From assembly GCA_034180415.1 (NCBI GenBank), contig JAXFOK010000015.1, positions 2,205-66,204 of the forward strand: 64,000 nucleotides of DNA, written 5' to 3'. Positions 45,411-55,600 of this stretch are shown here, piece by piece. Position numbers and translations under genes: made by a program. The stretch is from Bdellovibrionota bacterium (GTDB taxonomy: Bacteria; Bdellovibrionota_C; UBA2361; CAKMMH01). A model generated the notes under the pieces. That model was not told the origin of the DNA. It did not search any database and saw only the letters and a list, made by a program, of their open reading frames with translations. Each line of letters opens with the position of its first letter. The first letter of the stretch is position 1.

Positions 45411-46556
45411 TTAAAAGCTTTCAAAAGCATTAGGGTCTGTAGTCGGTTTCATTTCTACAGGCTTTCTATTATTATTTTCTAGAGAATATTTAGACTTAAT
45501 ATATTGAGGCCAAACTCTTAATGCGTCAAGACATTTAGGGGAATAAATTCCGTTTTGTTCGCATATTGAACTTGGGTAGGTCTCTTCAAAACTGCTAATT
45601 TCCTTTAAAAAATCTTGGCAATCTCTTGATAAATAAATAATTTTGTCAACTTGCTTTAAATTTTGATTTGTATCTTCGTTTTTTTTGCTTTTTGACTTTT
45701 CTTCATCTGAGATGGTGTTAAAGATATCAAAATCACCAAGTTCTAAATTATTTTGATTTTTGCATGTTATACATTTGTCTGAATATCTTTCTTTTTTTTC
45801 TCTACAAAGATTTCTCACTATTTTATCTCCAATTGAGATAACTTTCATAAAATTATTTATTGAGTTTTGAGTCTTGTATAAATTTTTAGCATTAAAATAA
45901 TCTGTTTTTAATTTTGGAATTTTGATATTATCAATCTTTTTAAAAAAATCTTTAAGTTCGGGAATTTCTTTCTTATCATTAGAGCTACTTTCTTTTGCAT
46001 TTGAAATAATAATGTGAGAATAACCTTCTATACATCGCTTATCTTTATATCCATATTTTGCACATAATCCAATAGGGGAGTAGGGATAAAGAGCAAGAAG
46101 TTCTTTAACAATATCTTCACATTTTGTATTTTGTGGATCTGGTTTGTAATTTAAGTCTTTGTGAAAATTTGGCATGCAAATTAATGGCACAGTTTTTTCA
46201 AGTTCGTTTAATAAAACTTTTTTAGCATTAGAGATAATATCTTTATCATTTGTTTTTAAAGAGTTAGTGTAATCGCTTTTGGCTTTAGCAACTGACAACT
46301 CTTGAACTTTCACAAAAGTGTCATTATCTCCATGTTCATTTTTGCCTTTAATATGATTAATTGTATCATCGATATTAACTAAAGTTTCTAAAGTATCTTT
46401 TTGAGATTTCTCTAATTTCTCTAAATTTTTATTAAACTCTTCATTAATTTTTAATGAATCATTATTGACATTATCTTCACCATAAGAAATCGTTGAAAAA
46501 CATAAACTAAAAATTATAAAAGTAATTGATATTTTTTTTAAAATATTTTTTGACAT
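45411..46556 (-). CDS. Secreted Cys-rich protein (381 aa), unknown function
   Basis: Signal peptide MSKNILKKISITFIIFSLCFSTISYG. About 14 Cys in paired arrangements, probably disulfide-rich. No catalytic motif recognised. Confidence 0.5.
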   Translation of the reverse strand: MSKNILKKISITFIIFSLCFSTISYGEDNVNNDSLKINEEFNKNLEKLEKSQKDTLETLVNIDDTINHIKGKNEHGDNDTFVKVQELSVAKAKSDYTNSLKTNDKDIISNAKKVLLNELEKTVPLICMPNFHKDLNYKPDPQNTKCEDIVKELLALYPYSPIGLCAKYGYKDKRCIEGYSHIIISNAKESSSNDKKEIPELKDFFKKIDNIKIPKLKTDYFNAKNLYKTQNSINNFMKVISIGDKIVRNLCREKKERYSDKCITCKNQNNLELGDFDIFNTISDEEKSKSKKNEDTNQNLKQVDKIIYLSRDCQDFLKEISSFEETYPSSICEQNGIYSPKCLDALRVWPQYIKSKYSLENNNRKPVEMKPTTDPNAFESF

Positions 46557-46739
46557 ATAAAACCAAATCCTTTTATTAATATTTTGAAAAACAATTATAC
46601 AAATTCTATTTTATCATAAAAGAATATAGAAAAATACTGTAGATCTAGTAAAAATAGCTACCTAGTAAGATAGGTTAAAATTAGCATTTATGCTTATGTG
46701 CATCATGTTTTATAATAATTGAATTAAATATTTAAAGAT

Positions 46740-47495
46740 TTATACTAAATATTTAGTAAAGTTTGCGACATTACTAGCGTTAGCATCAAGTGCTTTTTGA
46801 GGTTCATCAACAATTTCGTTTTGAAGAGTATTAGTTAGCTTTATTGCTTCTTCAAAATTATTTAATTTATTTCCGACATCTAAATTTTTGTCTGTTTCGT
46901 TTTTAACTTCTTCGAAATTCTTTGAAATAGTATGTTTTAGTAATGTAATTCTTGCTTCTGCTGTTTTTACTGTTGCTAGTGTGTTTATAATATTCTCTTT
47001 TTTTGATAATTCAATTTTTTCTATTCCAAAGCCATCTTTTATGTCGTCTGGAAATATTATGTCTAGTGTTTGACCAATTTTATTTTCGACATAAATCTTG
47101 GCTTCTTCATCAGTTAATGGTTTTATACTATCGAAATCGGTTTCATCAGTTAAAGTTTTCATTCCAGAAAGAAGATCGTTTGCTTCTTTTTGTAAAACTT
47201 GAACTTTCTTTGGTACGATTTCTGCATTACTGTTTGCAACTTGTTCAACGATACCTTTTATACTTTCAAACATATCGCTTATTTTTTCTGTTGCATCGTT
47301 TGCAAGATTTAGTATAGAAATTGTTTTATTAGTTTCTTCTGTACGTTTTAGATTTGATTCTTTAGGTTTAGAAGATACAGAAACTACGTCAACTAGCGTA
47401 TTGATTGCGCTTTGTACTTTATTGGTAACTGCTTCGCCCGTAGGCCTGTTTACCTTTTCAAGTATTATGTTGTTATTAGTTCCTTCTATTTTCAT
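46740..47495 (-). CDS. Hypothetical helical protein (251 aa)
   Basis: No signal peptide. Heptad-rich, charged. No motif recognised. Same strand as its neighbours. Confidence 0.4.
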   Translation of the reverse strand: MKIEGTNNNIILEKVNRPTGEAVTNKVQSAINTLVDVVSVSSKPKESNLKRTEETNKTISILNLANDATEKISDMFESIKGIVEQVANSNAEIVPKKVQVLQKEANDLLSGMKTLTDETDFDSIKPLTDEEAKIYVENKIGQTLDIIFPDDIKDGFGIEKIELSKKENIINTLATVKTAEARITLLKHTISKNFEEVKNETDKNLDVGNKLNNFEEAIKLTNTLQNEIVDEPQKALDANASNVANFTKYLV

Positions 47496-47581
47496 TTTTT
47501 TTATTAATTAATTTCCTTTTTTTCTCCTTGCGAGGTTATATGTCGACACTATGTTTAAAAACTTTAGTGTTTTTTTTATAA

Positions 47582-48457
47582 CTATAAGAAAATTTTCTTA
47601 AATTTGTTGTTTTTGCTCTCAACGTGCTCATTTGGAGCAAAAATTTTCTTTAAATTTTCAAAACGAAGGATATTCGGGTCTTCCTTTGATAGATAAGAAA
47701 TGACATCACCTAGGCTTCTTCCTAGCAAAAATTTAGGCAAATATTCATATTTTACGCACTCATAGACGTATTCTGAGGCTATTCTTGATGATTGACTAAT
47801 AGCCCTATCTAAATGAAGTGCTATATGAAAACTTGTTACTTTTGGATTATAACGCTCTAAACTTATTGAAAATTCTTCCCCAGAAACGGAGGCTAGGGCC
47901 TTTAATCTTAATATCTTCATAGTAATTTTAGGGTCAGGTTGCCTAAATCTGTCAAGTACGTGTTCAGTTGGTCTTAAAACCTTATTGTAAAGATCAGTTA
48001 AACATGAAATCGTAAAATATATAGAATTATTTAGGATAAGTATTTCATTTATTGTGATATCTCTTGTTTGAAAATACTTTTCGGTACTTTCTAAAACTTC
48101 TATTCCGTGTCCATGTTTAGAATCATCTTTCATAAAAGCAAGTTCTAGCTCTTTGTCGATTTTTGATGTTTTTTTATCACCAAATCTAACAATATCAATA
48201 TCTCTTGGGCGTCTAAATGAAAAATTGTAATTTAACGCAAATCCTAGTGCTAATCTTGCGGCTCCTCCTTTAAAACCGTATTGAGGGGGAATTGTTGGGA
48301 GTAAATCAATTTGAGGAAGTTTTATTGATAAAATGTTATCTACAAATGACTCGAATTTTACTTTTGGTGCTAATTTTAAAATATCATTAGGTATATTTAA
48401 AAAATTGTAAGATTGCTTTATTAGTTTGATTTTATTAATATTTTCGTTTTGACTCAT
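47582..48457 (-). CDS. Putative nucleotidyltransferase-fold protein (pol-beta / minimal NTase-like)
   Basis: FKGGAARLALGF ... RRPRDIDIVRF fits the G[GS]-(x)n-[DE]h[DE]h pattern of pol-beta-superfamily NTases. A third acidic residue is possible in ...RDITINE. The exact family (CD-NTase/SMODS-like, MNT, other) cannot be decided by eye. Confidence 0.35.
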   Translation of the reverse strand: MSQNENINKIKLIKQSYNFLNIPNDILKLAPKVKFESFVDNILSIKLPQIDLLPTIPPQYGFKGGAARLALGFALNYNFSFRRPRDIDIVRFGDKKTSKIDKELELAFMKDDSKHGHGIEVLESTEKYFQTRDITINEILILNNSIYFTISCLTDLYNKVLRPTEHVLDRFRQPDPKITMKILRLKALASVSGEEFSISLERYNPKVTSFHIALHLDRAISQSSRIASEYVYECVKYEYLPKFLLGRSLGDVISYLSKEDPNILRFENLKKIFAPNEHVESKNNKFKKIFL

Positions 48458-48625
48458 ACTACATAAACCTTAAATAAAAATCATACAGAAAGATAATCTT
48501 GTGAATAAACAAAAATGCTTCACTTAGTTTTGTTATTTTAAGCATAAAAAATTTTTGGTTAAGATTTTAATTTGCGTTAACATGAAAGAGTTGTGACTTA
48601 AAAACCTAAAAAAAGGAGAACTCTT

Positions 48626-48811
48626 ATGGCTAATAATAAAAATCAAATTAAATTTAATGGTAGCGAATATGCATGGAATGGAAATTTTTGGTATGATACT
48701 AAGACTTTTATGATTCCTTCTACAATTATTGCTGAAAACTTAACAAGAGAGCTTAGCAAAAAGCTTGGTGTTAAACCAAATATTGTGATTGAAAATAATC
48801 ATGCTCAATAA
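48626..48811 (+). CDS. Small hypothetical protein (61 aa)
   Basis: Good RBS aaaggagaactcttATG. Trp/Asn-rich. No motif. Confidence 0.3.
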   Translation: MANNKNQIKFNGSEYAWNGNFWYDTKTFMIPSTIIAENLTRELSKKLGVKPNIVIENNHAQ

Positions 48812-49336
48812 TTAAATGTATGCTTAGTTCCTTTAAAAATGTTTATATGTAAGATTTTTAAAGGAATCTAGGTCTAATATTCATAATTCTTTAAATTCAT
48901 ATAAGTCTGCTTCATGTCTCTTTAACACTAATAATTTCATATTCGTTTCATGTTAGTTTTATAATATTTATTAAATTTCACATCATAACAATTTGTAGTT
49001 ATATTTTTATTTTTGTTTTTAGAATTTAATAATGTGGTAGAAAAATGCCCAATTAACATATAACAAATGATAATTTTTGCAAAACAAAGAAGCTAGCTTG
49101 TCCAGTTGCTACGCAATCAATAGTTCTTGTCTCACATCATTTTAATTCATTTGAAAATATAAGGGAAAGTTTCATTAATATTAATAAAATGATTAAAAGT
49201 TTATTAATAAAAACGAAATTTGAAAATGTTGATATGCAATTAGAAATTTTAGAAAAAGGGGATATTCGCAAGATTCGATAAAACAATATTATCTGATGCA
49301 TAAAAAAATACTTTAGAAACATTATTTAAAAATAAT

Positions 49337-49687
49337 ATGTTAAAGTTAGCTGTAATAAGAAAAGTTGCAGGTTTTGTGAAAGCAAGATTTGGTAAAAAAG
49401 AGTTAATAGATATCTTAACTGACAAAGATGTTAATAAAAATATAGAAAATTCAATGAAAGTATTATTGATAAAAGGTAATTTAAATGAATTGTCAAATCT
49501 TATTGAAACGTTAAAGAAAAGTGGTGTTAAAGTAGAAGTTATATTAAATGGGTTAAAAAATGTTTCAAAAGGCGTAATAAATTATTTAATTGATAATTAT
49601 GATGAAAATCAGTTAAAAAAAAATTCTATGTTTTCTGGGGGCAGATCGTTTGTCAGAGAAGGATTCATTAATTATATTAAAAGATAG
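49337..49687 (+). CDS. Hypothetical protein (116 aa)
   Basis: ORF in an otherwise gene-poor AT-rich stretch. No motif. Confidence 0.3.
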   Translation: MLKLAVIRKVAGFVKARFGKKELIDILTDKDVNKNIENSMKVLLIKGNLNELSNLIETLKKSGVKVEVILNGLKNVSKGVINYLIDNYDENQLKKNSMFSGGRSFVREGFINYIKR

Positions 49688-50049
49688 TGAAGTCTAAAGT
49701 AAAATCATTAATACTATTTAAAAAATGTTGGTAATAATATAAGACAATAAAAAGATGATTTGCATTTAGGAAAATATAATTACAATAAAGCAAGTATGAA
49801 TTCTTTAATAGCTTTAAATAATATTTTAAAAAGCTATTTTGATGAACAAGAAATAGCAGAGATGATGGTATAGCTTGATATTGATTATCATAAAATAATT
49901 TATATAATATCATGTATTTTAAAAGACTAAATATTTAAGATTTAAGGTTTTTAATAATATTTTAATAAGTTTCCATTGTGATATAAGAAGTTGTTTCATT
50001 GTTTTTTCCTTGATTGATTTATATTTTTTAGGCTACCTTAATCTTTTTC

Positions 50050-50094
50050 TAAGTAGCGTTAAGGTATTTTTATAAAAGATATCTTAACGCTACT
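50050..50094. promoter_or_regulatory. Perfect 13-bp inverted repeat (operator-like) about 55 nt upstream of the 50150 gene, with a -10-like tataaa in the spacer
   Basis: aagtagcgttaag-gtatttttataaaagatat-cttaacgctactt. The arms are exact reverse complements. GC content of the arms is well above the local background. Confidence 0.5.
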
Positions 50095-50149
50095 TACAAC
50101 AGGGTAAGATAGCAAAAAAAATTCCCGAAAAATAAATAAAGGAATAAAA

Positions 50150-50656
50150 ATGAAACACTATAATTTCTCTTGGCGTATCAGCGATACTAATTCGGGTAAG
50201 CAAGTTCTTTCGCCGATTTCTGCTGAGGATAGGGAGTATAATCCATTAACTGACATCGCAGTACAAGGAGATGCGCTAACGCTTAAAACCCGTTCGGAGC
50301 TTAAGTGCTTTGAATATGACGAAGATAAAACTTTTCATGACATGAGTGAGACGCTTAGCCTGTCTTTGCCGATCGATAAATTTGCGGTACAGTTTTTTAA
50401 TAACCGTGCGAAAATTAAAGCGGCGAAAGATAGGACGAAAAGGGCGCTCTTAACGCTTACTCTTCCTGGTAATGCCAAAATTTATAGGGCTAACAATGTC
50501 CTTATTAAATTTTATAGGGGCATTTACCTTTACTTTGCCGCCATCATGAATGATGGCGATGAAGTAAAGGTTGCCTTTAATAATGAAGATGGAGCAAAGC
50601 TCAAACTTCGCACGTACGCCTTCAAAGATGGGTGTATGAATATCTACAATAATTAA
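50150..50656 (+). CDS. Hypothetical protein (168 aa) encoded by a compositionally anomalous (about 42% GC) gene; likely horizontally acquired
   Basis: Codon usage is GC-richer than all neighbours (gcg, ccg, cgc, ggc codons are frequent). No motif recognised. Preceded by an operator-like IR and followed by a GC-rich structured element. Confidence 0.5.
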   Translation: MKHYNFSWRISDTNSGKQVLSPISAEDREYNPLTDIAVQGDALTLKTRSELKCFEYDEDKTFHDMSETLSLSLPIDKFAVQFFNNRAKIKAAKDRTKRALLTLTLPGNAKIYRANNVLIKFYRGIYLYFAAIMNDGDEVKVAFNNEDGAKLKLRTYAFKDGCMNIYNN

Positions 50657-50889
50657 GGTTTTATACCTTAGACCTATCAATCACATGAGGGAAGGTCTTT
50701 TTAACAAGGTTTTCTCTCATAATATTTTTAATCAATGAATTCTACACTCAATATAAATTTGTATCCTACGTTGTGTTATTAAGATTGTTAACTTTCAAGA
50801 ATTGTTTTTAAGAAACTTGTATCAAATGAAAAAATGAATTAAAGAATAAAGATTTTTAAGTTAATAAGAAAAAGAAAGAAGAAAGATTG

Positions 50890-51092
50890 AGAAAGCCTTC
50901 TCAATAACTTCCTAACCCCAATCAGTAATAACTTCATGGGGCTAGGTGAGTCGGAGGGAGGGCTTTAGTCTTCTTTAGTTCCCCCTTGTAGTTGAAGAAC
51001 TAGGAGGTCTATAGCATCCTCTTTTTGAACCAACAGCGGGGCTAGATATCTATCTGCGCCCCACAGGCAGCCTGAAGTCGGCTGCTATTTTT
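50890..51092 (+). ncRNA. Candidate small RNA (about 200 nt, 47% GC) ending in an intrinsic terminator
   Basis: GC-rich island without an ORF. Hairpins ggggctagatatctatctgcgcccc and gcagcc-tgaagtc-ggctgc followed by tattttt (plus-strand Rho-independent terminator). Located 230 nt after the 50150 gene and 185 nt before the Fic gene. Confidence 0.35.
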
Positions 51093-51275
51093 AAGATTAT
51101 ATGTAAGATTCTGATGTTGTTTTAAATTTTTTTAGTTGCCCCATAATAAGGCCTTAATATTAATAAAATTAAAGGAGTAATGTTTCATGTATTTATTTCC
51201 TTTTGTCCTCATAAAACTTTTCATGTATAATACAACCTGGTGTTATCTTAGAATTTAAATATATTATTTGTTATT

Positions 51276-52463
51276 ATGGATAAAAAAAAGAAAAGTAATA
51301 TTAAAAATTTAACTACCGATCCATTTAAAGAATATCTAAAAGTTAAAAATCCTAGTAAAGAAGAAAAGGTTTATGCTTGGCAAACAGCTATAGGCCTTCA
51401 AGATGTTGATGGACTTTCAGTTTCAAAATATTTGTTAAGTGTTGCAAAAGAAAATATCGATGGAATTATTAATCTAAATGAGGCTAAAAAACGTATAGAT
51501 TCATATTATGAAGAAGTAACACATCGTAAACTTGAAACTACAAAAGAGTCTGATAAAGTTTCTGTAAGGATTACTAAAATTCTTGGAGAAAAGTCTTTTG
51601 TTTTTTCACCTTCGCAATATATTTCAATTCATAGACGTTTGTTTCAAGGAGTTTATAAGCATGCTGGAAAAGTTAGAAAATATGATATATTAAAAAAAGA
51701 ATGGATATTAAACGGTGCTTCCATTATCTATGGTGGTAAAAAAGAGCTTATGGAAACTCTTGAATATGATTTTAAAGTTGAGAAGGAATTTTGTTATAAA
51801 AATTTAACAAAAAATAAAATGATAACTCATCTTGCGCGTTTTATAGCAAACTTATGGCAAATACATATTTTTGAAGAAGGAAATACTCGAACAACAGCTG
51901 TATTTTTAATTAAATATCTTAAGTTCTTGGGATTTAATGTAACTAATGATATCTTTGCCAAGAATGCATGGTATTTTAGAAATGCACTTGTTAGGGCAAT
52001 TTATAAAGATGCTTCTAAAGGAATTTTTGAAGATTTATCATTTCTAGAATTATTTTTAAGAAACCTAATATTAAATGAAAAGAATGTATTAAAAAATAGA
52101 TATTTACATTTAAATTGGAAAAATAAAGATAACAAAAAACAGCACAAAAAACAGCACAATAAACAGCACATTGAAAATGGAAAAATAGAAGATTTAAAAG
52201 GAAAATCTAAGGCTTCTTGTAATAAAAAGCTTCAAAATACTTTAGAAAAAAATATGCTTTCTGATAAGACAAGTAAAAATATCTTGAAACTTTATAATGA
52301 ATTTCAGAATAAAAAGATATTTTCGAGAAAAGATATTATGGCTATTCTTAATATTACACAAAGACCTGCATCAACTCTTATTAAAAAAATGTATTTATTA
52401 AAATTTATAGATAAAGTTCATGGGGCAGGAAAGGGCAAATATAAGTTTTATAAATTAAATTAG
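51276..52463 (+). CDS. Fic/Fido-family protein with a non-canonical active-site motif and a C-terminal winged-helix domain
   Basis: The Fic motif is present as HIFEEGNTRTTA, against canonical HxFx(D/E)GNGRxxR: G to T at position 8 and no terminal Arg. Low-complexity KQHKKQHNKQH repeat. C-terminal wHTH-like ...ILNITQRPASTLIKKMYLLKFID... Confidence 0.7.
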   Translation: MDKKKKSNIKNLTTDPFKEYLKVKNPSKEEKVYAWQTAIGLQDVDGLSVSKYLLSVAKENIDGIINLNEAKKRIDSYYEEVTHRKLETTKESDKVSVRITKILGEKSFVFSPSQYISIHRRLFQGVYKHAGKVRKYDILKKEWILNGASIIYGGKKELMETLEYDFKVEKEFCYKNLTKNKMITHLARFIANLWQIHIFEEGNTRTTAVFLIKYLKFLGFNVTNDIFAKNAWYFRNALVRAIYKDASKGIFEDLSFLELFLRNLILNEKNVLKNRYLHLNWKNKDNKKQHKKQHNKQHIENGKIEDLKGKSKASCNKKLQNTLEKNMLSDKTSKNILKLYNEFQNKKIFSRKDIMAILNITQRPASTLIKKMYLLKFIDKVHGAGKGKYKFYKLN

Positions 52464-52548
52464 TAATTGCCATAAGTAATTTATTAAATATGTAAAGAGA
52501 TAGCTATCTTATTTTGAGATGATTAACCGTCGAAAACAGGAAAATACA

Positions 52549-52605
52549 AAAAAAGCACGAAAAACTTAACCTTTGTTTAAGCCTTACTTTTCGTGCTTTT
52601 TTTTT
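52549..52605. terminator. Bidirectional intrinsic terminator between the convergent Fic (+) and PFOR (-) genes
   Basis: aaaaaagcacgaaaa...cttttcgtgcttttttttt: an 11-bp stem flanked by an A-run on one side and a T-run on the other. Confidence 0.6.
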
Positions 52606-52614
52606 GCATATAAA

Positions 52615-52646
52615 ACGATGATAAATTTAAAAATTCATCATCGTTT
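52615..52646 (-). terminator. Hairpin immediately after the PFOR stop codon
   Basis: aacgatgat-aaatttaaaaatt-catcatcgtt, about 10-bp stem. Confidence 0.4.
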
Positions 52647-52653
52647 CTATATC

Positions 52654-55600
52654 CTATAAATTAGCAAGCTTCTTATAATAATCATATCTTGCGTTAACAT
52701 TCTCTTGAGCAATCTTAGCAAGTTCTTCTGCACGCTCAGGATTAGATTTAACAAGCATCTTATAACGGTTCTCACCGTAAATATAATCTGAAAGTGGAAT
52801 ACTTGGTTCTTTTGAATCAAGTGTAAGAGGGTTTTTACCTTCTTTAGCATTTTCTGGATTATATCTGTAAAGAAGCCAGTGTCCAGAATTTACCGCTTTC
52901 TTTTGTTCATTTAATCCATTTCTTAAGTCAATACCATGAGCAATACAGTGAGCATAACAAATGATTAATGATGGTCCATCATAGTTTTCAGCTTCAAGTA
53001 AAGCCTTAACTGCATGAGCATCATTTGCACCAAGTGAAATGCTTGCAACATATACATTCTTATAACTCATTGCATGAAGTCCAATGTCTTTCTTGCCTGT
53101 TGATTTACCAGCAGCAGCAAATTGAGCAACAGCACCTGTTGGAGTTGACTTAGACATCTGTCCTCCTGTATTTGAATATACTTCAGTATCAAGAAGTAAT
53201 ACATTTACATTTTGTCCAGAAGCAAGCACGTGGTCTAATCCACCGTATCCAATATCGTATGCCCAACCATCACCTCCAAAGATCCAAACGCTTTTCTTAA
53301 CAAGATAATCAGCAAGAGATACAAGCTCTAAAGCTTCATCGCTAGAATCGTTCTTTAACGCATCTTTTAACTTAGCAACTCTTTCTCTTTGAGCATTGAT
53401 TTCTTCCTCTGTGCTTTGAGAAGCAGTAAGAATTTCTTCTACTAAAGCGCTTCCTGCTTTATCTTTTAAAGCTTCAAGAAGTTCTTTTGCTTGAGCGTTT
53501 TTCTTATCTACTGTTAATCTAAATCCTAGACCAAACTCTGCGTTATCTTCAAATAGAGAGTTTGCCCAAGCAGGACCTCGTCCATCTTTGTTCTTAGCAT
53601 AAGGAGTAGTAGGTAAGTTACCACCATAAATAGAAGAACAACCTGTTGCATTTGCTACAAGCATTCTGTCACCAAAAAGCTGAGTTACAAGTTTGATGTA
53701 TGGAGTTTCACCGCAACCTTGGCAAGCCCCAGAGAACTCAAATAATGGTTCAAGAAGTTGTGAACCTTTGACAGTGTTGTGCTGAACTTTATTTCTATCA
53801 GTGTAATCAATAGTGTTAAAGAAATCCCAACATTCTACTTCTTGCTTTCTAATTGGTTCAAATGGTACAAAGTTAAGAGCTTTACCGCCTTCAACTTTCT
53901 TACTCTTAGCAGGGCAGTTTTCTACGCATAGTCCACAACCTGTGCAGTCTTCACATGAAAGTTGTAAAGTAAACTTAGTTCCCTCTGGGAATGTCTTATC
54001 TTTAATATCAGCAGACTTAAATCCAGCTGGTGCATTTTTTAGTTTATCTTCACTATATGCTTTCATTCTTATTACAGCGTGAGGACAAACTATTGAACAC
54101 TTACCACATTGAATACAAGTTTCTGGATCCCACTCTGGAACTGAAAGTGCAATAGCTCTCTTTTCCCATTTTGTTGTTGCACTTGGGAATGTACCATCTG
54201 CAGGAAGGTCGCTAGTTTTTAAGCTTTCGCCTTCAAACGCCATCATTGGAGCAATTACTTTCTTTACGAACTCTGGAGCTTTGTCTGATACAACTTGACG
54301 TCTTGTAATTGTGCTTGTAACTTGTTTTGGATAATCAATCTTATGTAAGTGTACAAGGCTTTCATCAACAACTTTGTAGTTCTTTTGAACGACTTCATCA
54401 CCTTTCTTACCAAAAGTCTTTTTGATTGCAGCTTTAATTTTTTCAATAGCTTCATCTTTTGGTAAGATATTTGCAATTGCAAAGAAACAAGTTTGCATGA
54501 TTGTATTTGTTCTTGTACCCATTCCATTTTTAAGTGCTACATCATAAGCATTAATTGAATAGAATTGAATATCCTTATCAATTATTTCTTGTTGAAGCTC
54601 ACGAGGAAGTTTATCCCAAACTTCATCTGCTTCATATGGAGCATTTAACAAGAAAGTTGCACCTTTTGCAGCTTCTTTTAGTACGTCTAGTTTTTCAACA
54701 AAACTAAATTGGTGACAAGCAACAAAGTTTGCATGATCAATTAAATAAATTGATCTAATCTTGTTTTTACCAAAACGAAGGTGAGACTTTGTAAGACCTC
54801 CAGATTTCTTTGAGTCATATACAAAGTATCCTTGAGTGTAGTTGTCAGTTTCGTTACCGATAATCTTAATAGAGTTTTTGTTAGCACCAACTGTACCATC
54901 AGAACCAAGACCAATGAAAATACCTCTAAATGTGCTTTCATCTTCAGTTCTAAAGTTAGGGTCATAAGTTAAGCTAGTGTTTGTTAAGTCATCTGTGATA
55001 CCAACAGTAAAGTGATTCTTAGGAGTATCTTTCTTAAGTTCATCAAATACTGCTTTAATCATAGCAGGTGTGAATTCTTTTGAAGATAGACCGTAACGAC
55101 CACCGATGATTTTTACTTTTCTATCAGTTTCTGCAAACGCAGCAACTGTGTCTAAGTAAAGAGGTTCACCTAAGGAGCCAGCTTCTTTTGTTCTATCTAA
55201 AACTGCGATGCTCTTAACAGTTGTAGGGATTGCGTCAATAAAATCTTTAACGCTAAATGGTCTAAATAGATGTACTTTTAATACACCAACTTTTTCGCCC
55301 ATTTTTGAAGACATGTAATCTACGACTTCTTCAGTTGTCTCTGCACCAGATCCCATAAGAATTAAAATTCTTTCAGCATCTTTTGCTCCATAGTAATCGT
55401 AAAGGTCATAATGACGTCCTGTAACTTTCTCAAGTTTTTTCATTGCTTCTTTTACAATCTCTGGAGTTTTTTGATAATAAACGTTTGCTGCTTCTCTTGA
55501 TTGGAAGAATACGTCAGCGTTTTGTGCAGTACCACGAATAAATGGTCTATCAGGAGATAAACCTCTTTCTCTATGAGCTATAACATCTTTAATATCAATT

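Noticed and set aside
50890-51092. Retron msr/msd ncRNA
   Set aside because: No reverse-transcriptase gene is adjacent on either side, and no clear a1/a2 flanking inverted repeats are present. I keep it only as a generic candidate sRNA.
45411-52500. Possible integrated mobile element or prophage (foreign-GC gene, Fic toxin, decayed genes)
   Set aside because: No integrase, recombinase, transposase, phage structural gene, flanking direct repeats or tRNA attachment site could be identified. I describe it only as accessory-like DNA, not as a defined mobile element.
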